A stretch of 64,000 nucleotides of DNA from Camelus ferus (Eukaryota). Below the pieces are notes generated by a model. That model saw only the letters and a list, made by a program, of their open reading frames with translations. It was not told the origin of the DNA and made no database searches. The stretch covers positions 67,334,001 to 67,398,000 of the forward strand of contig NC_045697.1 of NCBI RefSeq assembly GCF_009834535.1, in the 5' to 3' direction. Shown here piece by piece: positions 26,580-39,850 of the stretch (positions are counted from its first letter, which is position 1; every line of letters starts with the position of its first letter). A program made the translations under genes and the position numbers.

Positions 26580-27495
26580 CATTTTTTCGCTTAAGTCCGT
26601 ATGTATTTAATCAGTCATTAAAGACAGTAAATTCTATATTTTTAATACTCTAAAGTCGAGGTCTTCCTTCTTTACTGTCTGTCACTGACTATGTTCAGGC
26701 CATCACTGTCTCTCACCTAGCTTATTATGACAGTTGTCCCTTTCTGATCTCCCTGCTTCTAGACTTCTCTACTTGAATCATTTACCAGAAAGAGATTTAT
26801 AAAACATCAATGTCACTTTCTGGCCTTAAAGCAGTCCATAGTTCCCTGTTATCTTCACAATTAACACACAGTTCCTTAGCATGGTGTGCAAGCCCCTTTA
26901 TGACCCAGCCTCTCTCTCTCCAGTTTCATCATAGGCCCCTTCTCCACTTTCCACACATTGTTCTCCATTCTCCAGATAATTTTCAGCTCCGTGATTGTAC
27001 CATGTGTTCTTCTCATGCCCTTCCTGCCTCCCTGCCTTCCCTCTTCCCTCTTCCCGTCCTACATTCTACTGTCTCTCTCTATTTCTCTTTCTCTGTCTCT
27101 CTTCTCTCCTCCTTCCTTGTGAAAATTGTATCTTCTCTGCCAATAATGGCCCTTGTTCTCAATCCTCATCTGCCTAATTCCTAAATTGATACTTCTCATG
27201 CAGGTATCTTACCTACTTTTCACTATTTTACTTCCCACAGCCAGAGTGATAGTTCCAAAACGCTAGTATCACTCCCCAAAATTATAGGACTCTCTTCTAA
27301 ATTACCATATTTCTCTATGAGTTTATCAGTTTTGAAACCTTTATGACTTTATATTGCTGTTGCTGATTTCTTTGCTTGTCTCAAATGCATGACTCTAAAC
27401 TTTCTCATGGCTAGGATTATGTTTTGCAGATGTTCTAATTCAAACCTGAATTTAGACCTGAGACATAGTTGGGGCACAATAAATGTTTAATAAAC
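26580..27495 (+). mobile_element. Decayed L2 fragments
   Basis: TGTTCAGGCCATCACTGTCTCTCACCTAG...CTGATCTCCCTGCTTC and an L2-like end GGCACAATAAATGTTTAATAAA. Confidence 0.55.
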
Positions 27496-28797
27496 GTGTT
27501 ACTTTTAAATATATTTTCCCTTTGGAAAAAAACTATTTACTCTTTTAGAAGTAATCAAGTTTAAATGGCTGTTGAAACACAAAACATCAATAAATATGAC
27601 CACACAAAAACTAATAATCCTTGACATTAAGCATCCATAAAGAAAACACACACACACATACACACACACAAATGTGGAAAATACCATTGAAATAAAAGCA
27701 ACAAACAATTATGGGACTTGTGTTCATAGCTGTAGAACTCTGATGGGCCAATTTGAACTGCTTTGAAGTTTATCAAAGTTTTCTGTTTCTTGAGGCTTAT
27801 TAAGTAGTGGTCTTAGTATTAAGTATTCATGTAAGCTTTTTTTGTGTGTTTCTTTCATTTGTTGTTTTAGTGGAAAGTTTGGAGAAATTGTAGAGTGACA
27901 GAAACCAAGTGCAATTTTAAACTAGCAGGAGCTGATATGATGATTTTCTTCCTTTTGTTTAATTTTTCCTATGGGATCCCAGTGCAATCCCATAATATCA
28001 CATGTACCAGGTTATAACATAGTTAATGTTTTATTATCTACTGGAATTGTGAGCTCATTGAGGGAATGTGTTTCATTAGTCTTTTTATCTTTAGTGCCTG
28101 GCCCAGAGACTGGAGTTTAAAAGATATCCCAAGGTGTTTTTGAATAAATGAATGGAATTCCCAGCTTGCCTGAAATAATGTGATGATTTATGGTATGCTT
28201 ACAAACTTTCATTTCATTATGGAAAAAAAAAAAAGATAATACACACTTAGCCATTTGTTCTGTTTTGTCTGTTTCAGATGATTAAGCCCTGAGGGAAAGG
28301 GACAGGGATGGGTCAGCATCTTGCACATACTATGTATTCATCTTAAAAAGTAAACAATATATCACATTTAGGACATCAAACTTCCTCTAAAGATCCAAGT
28401 TAACATATTGTATCAAATAAAAATCTATGATAAGTAATCTGAATCAATTTATAAATTGTTATCCCCTAGGTGCTTCTTCAGCAAGTTGGTCTATTTGTGA
28501 GGTTTTGGCTCTTATATTTGGATTGTGTTGTAGTAAAAATTATATCATGTAGTAAAAATTGTATCATGGAAATTGTATCACGGAAAAATTTTTATTGGAT
28601 TGATAAAGTATTTAGTCATATTCCTACAGGATTTGAAGTATTTTGAAAGACAAAAGACAATGTTTTATACTCACTCTTATGATAATCTATGGATTTTTAC
28701 CATGTTGTGATATCTACTTCAAAAAGGCAGTTCCATAAATGTGTCATCTGCAAATTTCTAACATATGAGATACATAATACTGTGATTGTTTGATAAG

Positions 28798-29245
28798 TAT
28801 ATTACAGATTGAATTGTGCACTCCCTTCCCACTACAAACAAAAGATATGTTGGAGGCCTGACAACCAGGACCTCAGAATGTGACCTGATTTGGAATAGGG
28901 TTTTTCCAGAGGTGATCAAGTCAATATGAGATCATTAGGCTGGGCCTTAGTCCAATTTGACTAGCATCCTTATAAAAAGGAGAAATTAGGATGCAGATAT
29001 GCACACAGGGAGAATGTCAAGCCAAAGACTGGAATGATGTGTATACAAGCCAAAGAACACCAAAGATTGCCAGCAAACTGGCAGAAACTAGGAGAGAGGC
29101 AAGAAACAGCCCTAAGAAGGAACCAACCCTGCCAACACTGTGATCTTGAACTTCTAGCCTCCATAACTGTAAGACAACACACTTCTATTGTTTTAGCCAT
29201 CAAGTTTGTGATGCTTTCTTACAGCGGTACTTTGAAAGTAATATA
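28798..29245 (+). mobile_element. MLT1B/C-like MaLR solo LTR
   Basis: CCTCAGAATGTGACCTGATTTGGAATAGGG, CAAGCCAAAGAACACCAAAGATTGCCAGCAAAC and GAAGGAACCAACCCTGCCAACAC. Confidence 0.85.
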
Positions 29246-29292
29246 TGGTGTATCCCAAGTATTCCAAGTTATCATTTGTTCATAGAAGGGGT

Positions 29293-29766
29293 CTGCATTA
29301 GTTCAGGTCTTCTGAGAAACAGATGCTAGGAAGAGATTAAAAGTGCAAGAGTTTTTAGTAGGAGAAATGCCTGTGTGAAAGAAGGGGAAGGAGTCAGGTA
29401 AGGCTGGGCAGCTGGGTAAGACTAGGAGAGTCATCACATTACCATGAAATCTGACATGGGTGAAAGAAAGACGAAGACAACAATGGACAGACACATCCTA
29501 GGATTGACTTGCAGTCCAATGAAGGTTCTATTTTGGCAAAACTATTGTGCTGTCTTCAAGTCAGTGTCAGTTGTCAGGGACATCTTAAGTTTTCCTTGAA
29601 CAAGTTGACCGTACTATCCCTTCCATAGACATTCACTGACTGTGAGCAGCTGCAGCAGATATGTGCTCAGCTCAAACGTGGTGATGGATTTCCAAATACA
29701 GTCTAGGGCCCTTGGTTAATTCTATTCCCTCTGAAAAGAGGTCTGTGAGACACATTCTCATGGTCC
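29293..29766 (-). mobile_element. LTR16A-like ERVL solo LTR
   Basis: TCTTCTGAGAAACAGATGC...GATTAAAAGTGCAAGAG...GGTGATGGATTTC...CATTCTCATGG resemble the LTR16A reverse complement. Confidence 0.7.
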
Positions 29767-29889
29767 TTGGAAATGCGACTCAAATGACTGAAAAACTGAT
29801 ACCAGAATTCAATCCTTGAACAAAAATAAATCAAATGTAAATATCTGTAAAATAATAGAAAAAAATCAGTCATCTAAAATACAAATTAG

Positions 29890-30322
29890 GGTATACCAGG
29901 CTGTAAAGATAAAAGCTCCATAAAATAGAAACTTTCGTTGCTCACAAGGCAGTTTAGTGATAGGAAACTTGGCAGTGGGAGTGAGGAAGTTGCTCTTCTC
30001 CTCTCCTCAAAACAATGAGAGAAACAAGCAACAGTAGCTTCACTGTATTAAATATGCAGCTTCCAAGTTTGTCCTGGGGTGGGTGTTGCAGCCACCACCT
30101 GAGTTAGTTGGAAGAGAAAAAAATATGGAAGAATATATAAGGGAGATTTTTATGATCAAGGCCTTGAAATGGCACATGTTTGTTGCACTCACATTCCATT
30201 GGTTGAAGCTCAGTCACTTGATCCAGCCCAGTTGCAGAGTAGACTGGCAATAAGTATACATGAGCTACGTGCCCAGGAAAAGAGGACTATCAATGCTGAT
30301 GTACATCTGGCCATCTCCCACA
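29890..30322 (-). mobile_element. Old MLT1 (MLT1J/K-like) LTR remnant
   Basis: CTCACATTCCATTGGTTGAAGCTCAGTCAC...CCCAGTTGCA...CATCTCCCACA. Confidence 0.55.
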
Positions 30323-31079
30323 CTTGGAAAAGATCAAAAATCAATATTTGTGGCATCAACTAAAAGAGAATTCCGAAAGATTGACTGAAATTTTAAGTTT
30401 TTATCCAGATGTTTGGCATTATACAAGTACAGAAAATAGTCACTAACTAATGCTTTAAGATTAAAAGTACCTACAATATTTAGAGATGCATTACTATAAC
30501 ATAAATAAATTAAGCATACACTAAAATAATTATTACAATTCCATGCTTCATACTTGAATATTTTCTCCCTAGTTTTTACAAATAAAAAATGCAATTAAGT
30601 ATTCTAGAAATAGAATGACAGATGGTTCAAATGAAAATGTATGGAGGTGGATAAATCCGACATGTTGAATCAGCCCTATAAATAAATTTCTCTTCAGTTT
30701 TGTTTTATAGGTTTTTAAGAGTGTATTTTCAGGCTCATCTTTTTTTGGATTATCTGTATTCTTGGTTTGTATGCATTCATTGGCTTGTAATAAAGCTGTA
30801 GGGATCTAAAGGAGTTCAACTTACAGTTTTAGTAGCAAAACAGTAAAAAGATAATTAAGAATAAATGATGACTAATTATCAGTAATATAATCTTTGTAGA
30901 AAAACAGTATTAATCAAATCTGAACAAATCTCAAAGTTCACAGTGTGTCTGGCTATCTACTTCTCCTTGTTTCCTACCCCATCCTTGCCCTATTGTGTAC
31001 AAGGAATATTCTGCTGCCTATAGACAGCCCCACCTTTCTCCAAATAGCTCTGAAGCCCAGCCTGAAATAAAGCCTAAGT

Positions 31080-31330
31080 ATTAGTGTGGCCCATATTGTC
31101 AGGTGGGCCCAGATTGGAAGGCCAGCTGTACTATGAATTAGATGAATGACTTTGGGAAATTCACAAGTTCCTTAGACTCTCTATACTTCAATTTCCTTAT
31201 GTATAAAATCGGAGTGACACTAACTCCTCACAAAGTTGCTGTAAGGAATAAATGAGATAATGCATAGTGGTCATCATGAACCTGACACATGGTTACTGTT
31301 CAATCATGTGGTAAATTATTACTATTATTA
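31080..31330 (+). mobile_element. MIR SINE
   Basis: Core TGACTTTGGGAAATT...CTTCAATTTCCTTATGTATAAAAT...GTTGCTGTAAGGAATAAATGAGATAATGCAT and a (TAT)n tail. Confidence 0.8.
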
Positions 31331-34300
31331 TTAATATATAGATGTATTATATATGTATATAATACATATATAACATGAATATAATGTATAAATTATATAA
31401 ATACACTTTAATATAATTTTTAAAATCTTCTATTCCACTAATTAGTAGTATCTAGAAAGCAGTTCTTAGTTCAGGCTGAAATGTTTGAAAGTAAAATTGA
31501 CCTCTTAGTGATTCATCTACATTACCAAGTGTAAGTCCCTAAATAACTTTGTAGAAGACCAGTCTCTCTGTTTAGTTTTTGGGGAATCATAGATTACACC
31601 AAGGCCTTCTAAGTTTTTGTCCTATGACCCCTGAAATCCACATGGTGCCTGCTCTCCAGCTGCATTTTTGTGAAACTGTTTCTGGAGGCCAGACTGAGTC
31701 CAAGCACACTTCTTTTTTTTACCACTGGTCCCAGTAGTCAGTCTTACTGCCTCCTGTTAGACCAAATTTGCATCTCAGCAAAGGCTGCCAATGGAATAGA
31801 ATTGCCAGGGCCCAATTTTTGAGACTACTCTTTGCTTTAAAATCCTTTCCTGGGTGACTTGTTCCCCCTTAGAGTGTTCTGAGTTACCCAGAGTCTTCCA
31901 TGTAGCTTGGTCTCCCTTCACCTTTTCGTGAGAGATACCAGTTTAAAAGTAAATTATTTATATTTACAAGTGTTATTATTGTATTATTATAGTAATTTTT
32001 TTTCTGGAGCAATAGCTTTCTATATTTTGTTTTTAAAAATCTATATATTAGATTTAATAATACCTCATCTATAAGATTAAATCCATAAGATAAATTATGG
32101 TAAATTAATGCCTTTGTTTACCTCATGTTCTGATGGTCACAGTAGACAGTGAGATTGTATTTTAACTTTGATATAATTTTTGATAAAAATTTGAGTTGGA
32201 AAAACAAGAAACATACAGTTTTCTTTTTAGGTTCCCCCCTCCCCAAATGTGATATACATATCTTAAAATAACACATTTGCCCTTTTATATGTTGTTTATT
32301 TTAATACCACTCCACCTTGAAACTGCTCACATTTAACTTGAGGGAAAAAAATGCTGCTGTGTGGAAATACTTTTCTTTTTGCATCATATTAGTATTCTTT
32401 CATCTGATCATTTTTCTTTCATTTCACTACCGTGTGCGAGGATCATAATATTAGGTGTTGTTTTTCAATAAAGAAGACAGGAACTACCCATATTTTCAGA
32501 GAAAATACTCTCTAGGAGTCCACAAAGCTTTAAGTGGAATATATTTTATTTGTGAGATCATGTATTCTTTCATTAAGGAATTGTTGAGCATCTGTCTATG
32601 CTACATGGAATACAGTGGCCAGTAAGAAAATCAGTTATTACCATTTTTTGAACCCATCCTAGACAAAATTTTTTTTCTATATGTGCAGTGGAATTCAGAA
32701 TACACAGAACTTTAGTTTTACAGAAATAGGGCATCAAAGAGATGAGAGCAGAACTGAGCCTTCCACTGATTCTTTTGCTGCACTGCACCTCTCTCCTGCC
32801 TCCCTATCATTACCATTCTCCTACTTTTGGGGATTTAGGAAGAAAATGGCAATATCGGGTTCTGTTTCCAACTCAGTTCCTCTCTAGCCATTTTGGTACA
32901 TTGGAGCAGTAAACTCTACAAAGCAAATCCCTGGTTACTCTTCTGGAGGTGAGGTGACGTTGTAACACCACACCGAAAACTGGAATGGAAGTAAAGTCCT
33001 GTCGGTGTTTAGAAAAATCACCTCATTCCTCGATTGTCACTTATGGACATATGAGGTGACAGCAACCCTTTTATGAACTTCTTTCTAAGCATTAAGAAAA
33101 GAAAAATGAAAGAAAATGTTCCTGACTATTATGTAATCCTAGGTGATTCATTATACATAAGCAAAGGGAAACACTAATCTCAAAGAATAATAAGAATTGT
33201 TCAGAGTATCAACAAATTAGGACAGAGATGATCTTAAATTAGACCCAGTCTTAATTATTTTCAAAGAATTAGTGGAGAATGCTATATTGTTTGAATTTAA
33301 TAATGATGTCAAGAACTAAAAGACACAGCTCCAGCTACTTAAAAACTGTTTTACGACTGAAAGCACTTGTCCACATAACTCCAAAGCTATTAAAGTTTAT
33401 ATTTTAGCTATCTAAGAATAAGTCACATTCTCAACTTACTGCATTTCATTTGTTATTTTTTTTTTGTAAAATTCACATTGGAGAAAACCAACAAGAGCAA
33501 AATTCTGATATTCACTGATTTTTTGATTTGGGTTAATTTTACTCTTAGGAAAAAAAGGAAATATTTTAAATAAATTTGAACATTAGTGATATAACATGTT
33601 AAATTTTGACACAAGAATAATATATTATTTTCCATCTCTGGTCTCACATACAATTTAAATGATAAGATTATTGTGTATATATATATATACACACATACAC
33701 ACACATATATGTCGTATATGTATATAGATTCAATTTGATTACAATTTAGTACAGCAGATACAATGATATAAATAATATAGAATTTCTCTTACACTGTTTC
33801 TCTTTTTCTCTTTGGAACTGACAGACAACTGTTCTTATGTATTAACAATTGTTCTCTAATAGTTGTTAAAGAGAGATAAGATTAAATAAGGATTACCTTT
33901 GGTTGATCCCTTTTAATTTATACATTTAGAATTCACTGTTAGGTCCAAGGTGAAAGAATACTCAGCTGACACTAATCACTGACAGATTTGGGGAGCCAAG
34001 TGACATTGTATCTCTGTTAATGTTTCACCTCTTGCACTGTGCTCCCACCAAAGGAAACTTAACTTTCAGCTTGAAGTATGTGAAGGAGAAAAGGAACAAT
34101 TCAGCCTAAGCCCTAAAGATAAGCTAAGGTTCTGCTTAGCACTGAACAGAGAAATGGTCCCATTAGCTTCTCCATGGGCTTCTCTGTAGACGTAGACCTG
34201 CAGTGGGGTTTTATCTGATTCCTTGCCTGTAGGCATCCCTTTCTTCACTTCAGAATGAACTCTTTATACTGTTTTTAAGACTTTTTAAAGAGAAACTACA

Positions 34301-36518
34301 GAAAGTACCATTAGCTTCTTTTTATAATTGTTTAAAGAGAAACAAATGGAAGACAAAACTCTAAGTTGATGACAAATTACCTATGCTGGAACTTAATGAT
34401 GTTCAGGGAAATAAAGAAAGGGGATTAAATTTCCCTTTAAATTCAGCAGGAACAAAGAACACCCTACATTCATGAAATGTTTCTCTGAAAATGCTAATCT
34501 CTCAAAAAAACTTTCTTCCCTGGGTTGTTCATTTTCAATTTAGAAAGTGAGTTAAGAAAGATGTAATTATAATATATGTGTGTATATATGCATATTAATA
34601 CCTATTTGCCACATAGATGTATATACTTATACATTCACACTGGTACACACCTTCATACATCCCTGGATTCACCAGTGTTTTTTTGTGTTTCCTTATTGGG
34701 CCATTCTAAAATCGTAGCATCTGCAACATCAGAGATGATCATTAAGTCATCCAATATATTTCTTTTCTGGAGAGAAGTTGTTCTTTGTAGTGTGTTTTCC
34801 AGTCCTTTACCTATTTCATGTTTAATCACTCAGCCACAAGGACTTTGACAATTTCCTTTGAAAAAGTGTCCCACAGACTGACACTTTAGTGTATAGAGAT
34901 GTTTCAAGATTCTCAATGTAAATATTCTTTTACTCAGTTTTCCGTTGCTGTTTCTAGACCCGCTTTATTTCTACTGCCTTAAAATAATTTTTAAAAACAT
35001 CATTACCTTCATCCCAGTCAAGAGAAACTGTAATTATAAGAGCATCCTAGTTGATCATTTTGCTTGTTATACCTACGACGTTTGCATTATTTCATTTTAA
35101 AATACCCTCATTGCCCCTTAGTCATGCTTTTGGTTTGGGTAAACTATTCTCATTACTACTAGCAATTATTAGTCAAATAATTTATTCTTGTTGTACTTTA
35201 ATAATGAGCCTTATTTTGGAAATGTTTTAGTTTTTGACATTCGGAAATCCCTATATGGTTCTGTGACTGTGGCTTAGGTGGTGAATCTGTCTTACTCAGA
35301 TCTGTATCCCTTACTGTAGCAATGTGTAAATGAGGTTCTTAGTGAGATAGTTATTGAATAAAATCAAAAACTTGTCCTCTTAGATTGAGGTTCTATTGAA
35401 AGTACAGTGTTTGTTATCAGAATTTTGAAAATCAAAACATCTTCTTTCCTGAAGAACTGGCTCCTCTGTTATGTTCTGTTTAGATTGTGTCCTATCTCAG
35501 GTATTATTGCTTGTTGTGTTGGATATTATATCAATAATTGTTTATATTCAAAATCTCAGCATTCTTTTCTCCTACATCAGTTCTCCTTGGAGGGTTCTGA
35601 GATAGTCTTGAGCAATGCAATTAGAAAGGGTAACCAAGGGTAAAATTGTGGGTCATACTTAAATTTCTTTAAAAACAATCTCCTGGGAAACAAGTACGCT
35701 GAACCAGTAGTCATAAGGGTTAGCCTTCTGGGTTTTTTTTTTTTTTTTTCCTTCTCAGTATTTAGATGATGAATTATGTTGAGATTAGATATTTAGTTGA
35801 ACTAAATATTATACTTACATTCCATATGAAATGAAATGAAGCTATACAACTTTCAGAAAATATCTCTCTTTACAACTGAATGCATTCCCTGCTATATTAG
35901 TTGAAGTTGTTACAGATTTTTAATATTATAATTTTCTTACCCATTCTGGAGGATCTTTTCAGCTTCTGGATATTCAAAACTTGTGGCATCTATCTGGGCA
36001 TAGATAAAAATTCTTTGGAAATACTGACTCAGGCACTATATTACCATTAGGGTCATGATAACACTTAATAATAGTTTATATTACAACTTTATTATCTCAT
36101 TGGGGGAATCTTCAACTTATACACCTACACCCAGCAAACTCATAACATCTCAGACAAAGACTTTCACAAGGTTTTTGTGTTAACTGATATGGTACTGCAT
36201 TACCGGTGGCCGTGTGGCACTAAATAATAAATATATGTGGGACTCGGCCCCTCATCTTTCACTTTGGATGAGGACTTCAGATTCTCCACAGTCTGACACA
36301 GGACCATGCCCTTTCATTACCTTTCAAAATGTATTGTTTTACCAAGTATTTCATTATTTTTTTGTAGTCTTAACAAAAAATGTGAGGTTGCTAGAGACAC
36401 AACATAAGGCAGTACATGGAATTCCACTAAAATATTTCCAATTAACATTATTTGTTCTTGGCAATGCCAAGGGATTTCTCTTCCCTAAACAGCACAAATT
36501 CTTTAAGTCTCAACTATT

Positions 36519-36775
36519 GTGGGGTGGAAAGGGATAAACTGGGAGTACGAGAGATGCAGATACTGACTGGTATATATAAAATAGATAAACAAGTTTATAC
36601 TATATGGCATAGGGAAATATATTTAATGTCTTGCAGTAGTTCATGGTGAAGAAGAATATGAAAATGAATATATGTATATTCATGTATGACTGAAGAATTG
36701 TGCTGTACACCAGAAATTGATACAACATTGTAAACTGACTATACCGCAATAAAAAGTAGAAAAAATAAATTTAAA
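36519..36775 (+). mobile_element. 5'-truncated lineage-specific L1 3' UTR
   Basis: Homologous to the 3' UTR at 43070-43300, with AATAAA and an A-rich tail. 14-bp TSD AAGTCTCA(A/G)CTATT at 36505-36518 and 36776-36789. Confidence 0.9.
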
Positions 36776-37092
36776 AAGTCTCAGCTATTTTTCCTTGTGG
36801 GGTTTCCCCAGAATTTCAAGTTTCTCTTTTTCTCTATCATGCAGGGCAATGTTTTGACAATATTTTACCATTAGCGTGATATCTTGGGAAGATACCCTTC
36901 CACCATAAATATTCAGTTTGGAGTTTTCCCTAAGAAATTATTCCTGGAAAGGAATTCCATAAATTCTGTCCTCCCATTATAACTTCGCATAAAATAAGTA
37001 AAATTTGAGATAAGAGTGAAATTCAATTTAACAAGCCTTTGATATGATACCATGCCAGGCACTGAAAGAAAAGTTTATAAGAGAATAATTTT

Positions 37093-37658
37093 TGCCTAGT
37101 TATTTATTCTGCGTAAAAAATTACCCCAAAACTCACTGGCTTAAAATGATATATATTTTCTCACAGTTCCTTTTTCAGAAATTCAGGCATGGTGTAACTA
37201 GGTCCTCACACTCAGGGCCTCTCATAAGGCTGCAATCAAGTTGTTGATCAAGTTTACAATTATCTCAAATTTTAACTAGTGTATAATATGCTTCCAAGCT
37301 CACTAGTGCTTCTTGGTGGGATTTGGCTTCTTTTGGGCTATTGTACTGAAGACCTTAGTCTCCCTACTGATAGAGGTCACCCTCTCAGTTCATCACTCAG
37401 TGAGCTTCTCCACGGAGCAGCTTACAGTAGGGCATCTGGCTTCATCAGAGTGAGCAAGACAGAGACAGAGGGTTATTGAGAAGTCACAGCCATAGTAATC
37501 AAGTCTTGAAAACGGCACCCCATTATTTTTTACCACATTCCATTTGTTAGAAGCAAGTCCCTGGATCCAACCCACACATGGACGAATGGGGTTACACAAC
37601 AGCATAAATACCAGGAGGCAGGGGTTATTGAGTGCAGTCTTAGAAGGCTGTCTGCCAC
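37093..37658 (-). mobile_element. MLT1F/G-like MaLR solo LTR
   Basis: AAATTACCCCAAAACTCACTGGCTTAAAA...CTCATAAGGCTGCAATCAAG...TTGTTAGAAGCAAGTC...GGCTGTCTGCCACA. Confidence 0.8.
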
Positions 37659-37790
37659 ATTCTGTTGTACCAAGGATTGAGAAAATGGTAGCCAAAAATC
37701 TAATATAAAACATAAATCACTTTTCGTAACAGTGTATTTAGTGTCTCATCTTCCACTGGTATGAAGTACCTGTTGAATATTGAATACCGT

Positions 37791-37852
37791 TATTACAATG
37801 GATGCCCAAATCACCCTCTCGTATTACAATGGATGCCCAAATCACCCTCTCG
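37791..37852. repeat. Perfect tandem duplication, 2 x 31 bp
   Basis: TATTACAATGGATGCCCAAATCACCCTCTCG occurs twice (37791-37821, 37822-37852). Confidence 0.97.
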
Positions 37853-38245
37853 CCATTTTGAGGACTAAAGTTCTCATTCCTTCAGCCACTGGGAGTGTTG
37901 GTGGCTGACACCTTTCTATTGTGTCCTTCTTGGAAACTGGCTTCATTTAAAGGTAGCTTTATTGCCAAAGGTCACTCCGCTTCTTAGGGATAATCTTCAT
38001 CTAATGACTAATCAATGCTGAGTTTTAAAGGCTCAGCTCCCTTGCCTCAGTGTTGGATATCTCAGCTGCAAAGCGGCTTTCAGATTCAGCTGAATTTTTT
38101 GTTGTAATCTAATAGCTGTCCAGCTCCTCTCTCTACTCAGTCTGACTTACTTCAGTGCCTTACAAGTAGTGTTCCCTTGAGCACTCCTCAATAAACTTTC
38201 TGTATTCAAATCTGTGACTCAAAGTCTATTTCCTAGGAAATCCAG
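37800..38245 (+). mobile_element. LTR16C-like ERVL solo LTR
   Basis: CTCATTCCTTCAGCCACTGGGAGTGTTGG..CTGAC, TAAAGGCTCAGCTCCCTTGCCTCA and GAGCACTCCTCAATAAAC...CAAATCT. Confidence 0.72.
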
Positions 38246-39519
38246 GCTTTTCCTGTGTAAGGGGAAAATAGCTAATATATAAATACTAAAATGTTAACAT
38301 AGAATCTGTAGAGATTTTATTTATTTATAAAACTCTTAAAAGGGTTGTTGAAATGCATCCATAAGAATCTCAAGCCAGGAGGTTAGAAATTTGTACTTTG
38401 GCCCTCTGTAGAATTCAAGTAGAATTTGAGATCCTGCCCTTAATGTTCACCAATGATAATGTAATGCACAGCCACTTTTATTTACTACAGTAGCTATTAT
38501 TATAGATCTAGTTCATTGTATTCTTTCTTTTCCTTATAAATAAAACTTTGGTTGTAAAACCTTCACTGAGTATTAGAGGTGAATGTGTTTATTTCCTCTT
38601 ATGTCCTGATTCCCTTCATACTTTTTAGACCATGGGGCAAATTTTTACTTTTCTGTGGGAAATCATTGGGAAAAGCAGGATACACAAAACATCAAAACCC
38701 TTATTACTAAATATAGAGATTGTTTGGAAGTAAAGTTAAGATTATCACATTATATATCGATCACAATAATCCTTAAAATATGATTACAATATATAATAAC
38801 CTTCCTACTTTTTAAAGGTGGAATTCATGTAACTCTTTACAGTGCAGTGTGCCAGTTAAGAAGATGAGAGATGGAAGAGAGTCTAGAAAGTGTCCTCAGG
38901 CAAAAATGAAATAAAATACAGAAGAATTAGACTTAAAACATGAGAACTGTTAGGGTTTACAGTTTTATTATGATTGTATCCCGAACTTATTGCACTCTGA
39001 CCTTTCTTCACTCTTTGGCTGCTTTGCTCTGATCTCAGTGGAGGAGAGCTGACCTCTGAGGTTTGCATTTTCCAGGCTCCTGTGTCACCTGACTTGCCAA
39101 GAGAGGAGGAGGCCGAAAAGAAGGGAAAACGTTACAACTTTTCCTCTCTTTCTGCATTGAATGACGTCTTCAGCAGCAGCTGCTTCTCCTCTGTGGCTCT
39201 AGCTCCGATCTGCCTTTCCTGCAGCCTGAGCTCAGGTAGGACAGCCAGCCTCCTAAGTCCTGCCAGCCCAGCAGTGGAAGCTGCTCTCTCCCCTTGTTAA
39301 TCGTTGGTTTGCTCCACCATCTCCTTTGGCTTTTCAGCTCTTTTTTTTTTATTACCTGGGCAGTAAAAGTTCTACTTTATTTCTATCTGATTGAAATGCA
39401 TAGACTGGTTTATGGTTGTATTTGAATGGCCACAACTTCCTGATGTGTGCTCCTGTTCACTGCAAGAAGAATTCCCAAATACAAATGTCTGTATTATTAA
39501 GAAAAAAAAAAAAGGTCCT

Positions 39520-39850
39520 CAAAATAACCTAATGTGATGTTATTATCCACATTTTTACAAGAAAGAAAGGCAGGGTCAGCAATGTTAAGTAATTTGCTTA
39601 TGATCACATATCTAATGCATAGCTTTCATGAGGAATGTGGCCTCTAAAGTCAGAAGACTCTACCTTTTATTAGTCAAGCAAATTACTTAACCAATCTGTG
39701 CTCAATTTTTTCATCTGTAGGACAAGGATATTAGTCATATCTACCTCAAAAAGTGTTCTGAAAATTAAACCAATTAATTAATGTTAAGGTTGCTAGAATA
39801 GTTACTGGTACATAGTACATACTCAATAAAAACTAGCTATTATTATTAGC
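39520..39850. mobile_element. Two adjacent MIR fragments (minus about 39520-39615, plus about 39630-39850)
   Basis: ATTATCCACATTTTTACA...GTTAAGTAATTTGC, then AAGCAAATTACTTAACC..TCTGTGCTCAATTTTTTCATCTGTA...ACTCAATAAA..TAGCTATTATT. Confidence 0.7.

Noticed and set aside
26810..27184. 124-aa Ser/Leu/Pro-rich ORF
   Set aside because: It results from a CT-rich low-complexity tract in decayed L2 sequence.
31320..31420. AT-rich quasi-palindrome
   Set aside because: It is a low-complexity (AT)n-like expansion of the MIR tail, where self-complementarity is expected by chance.
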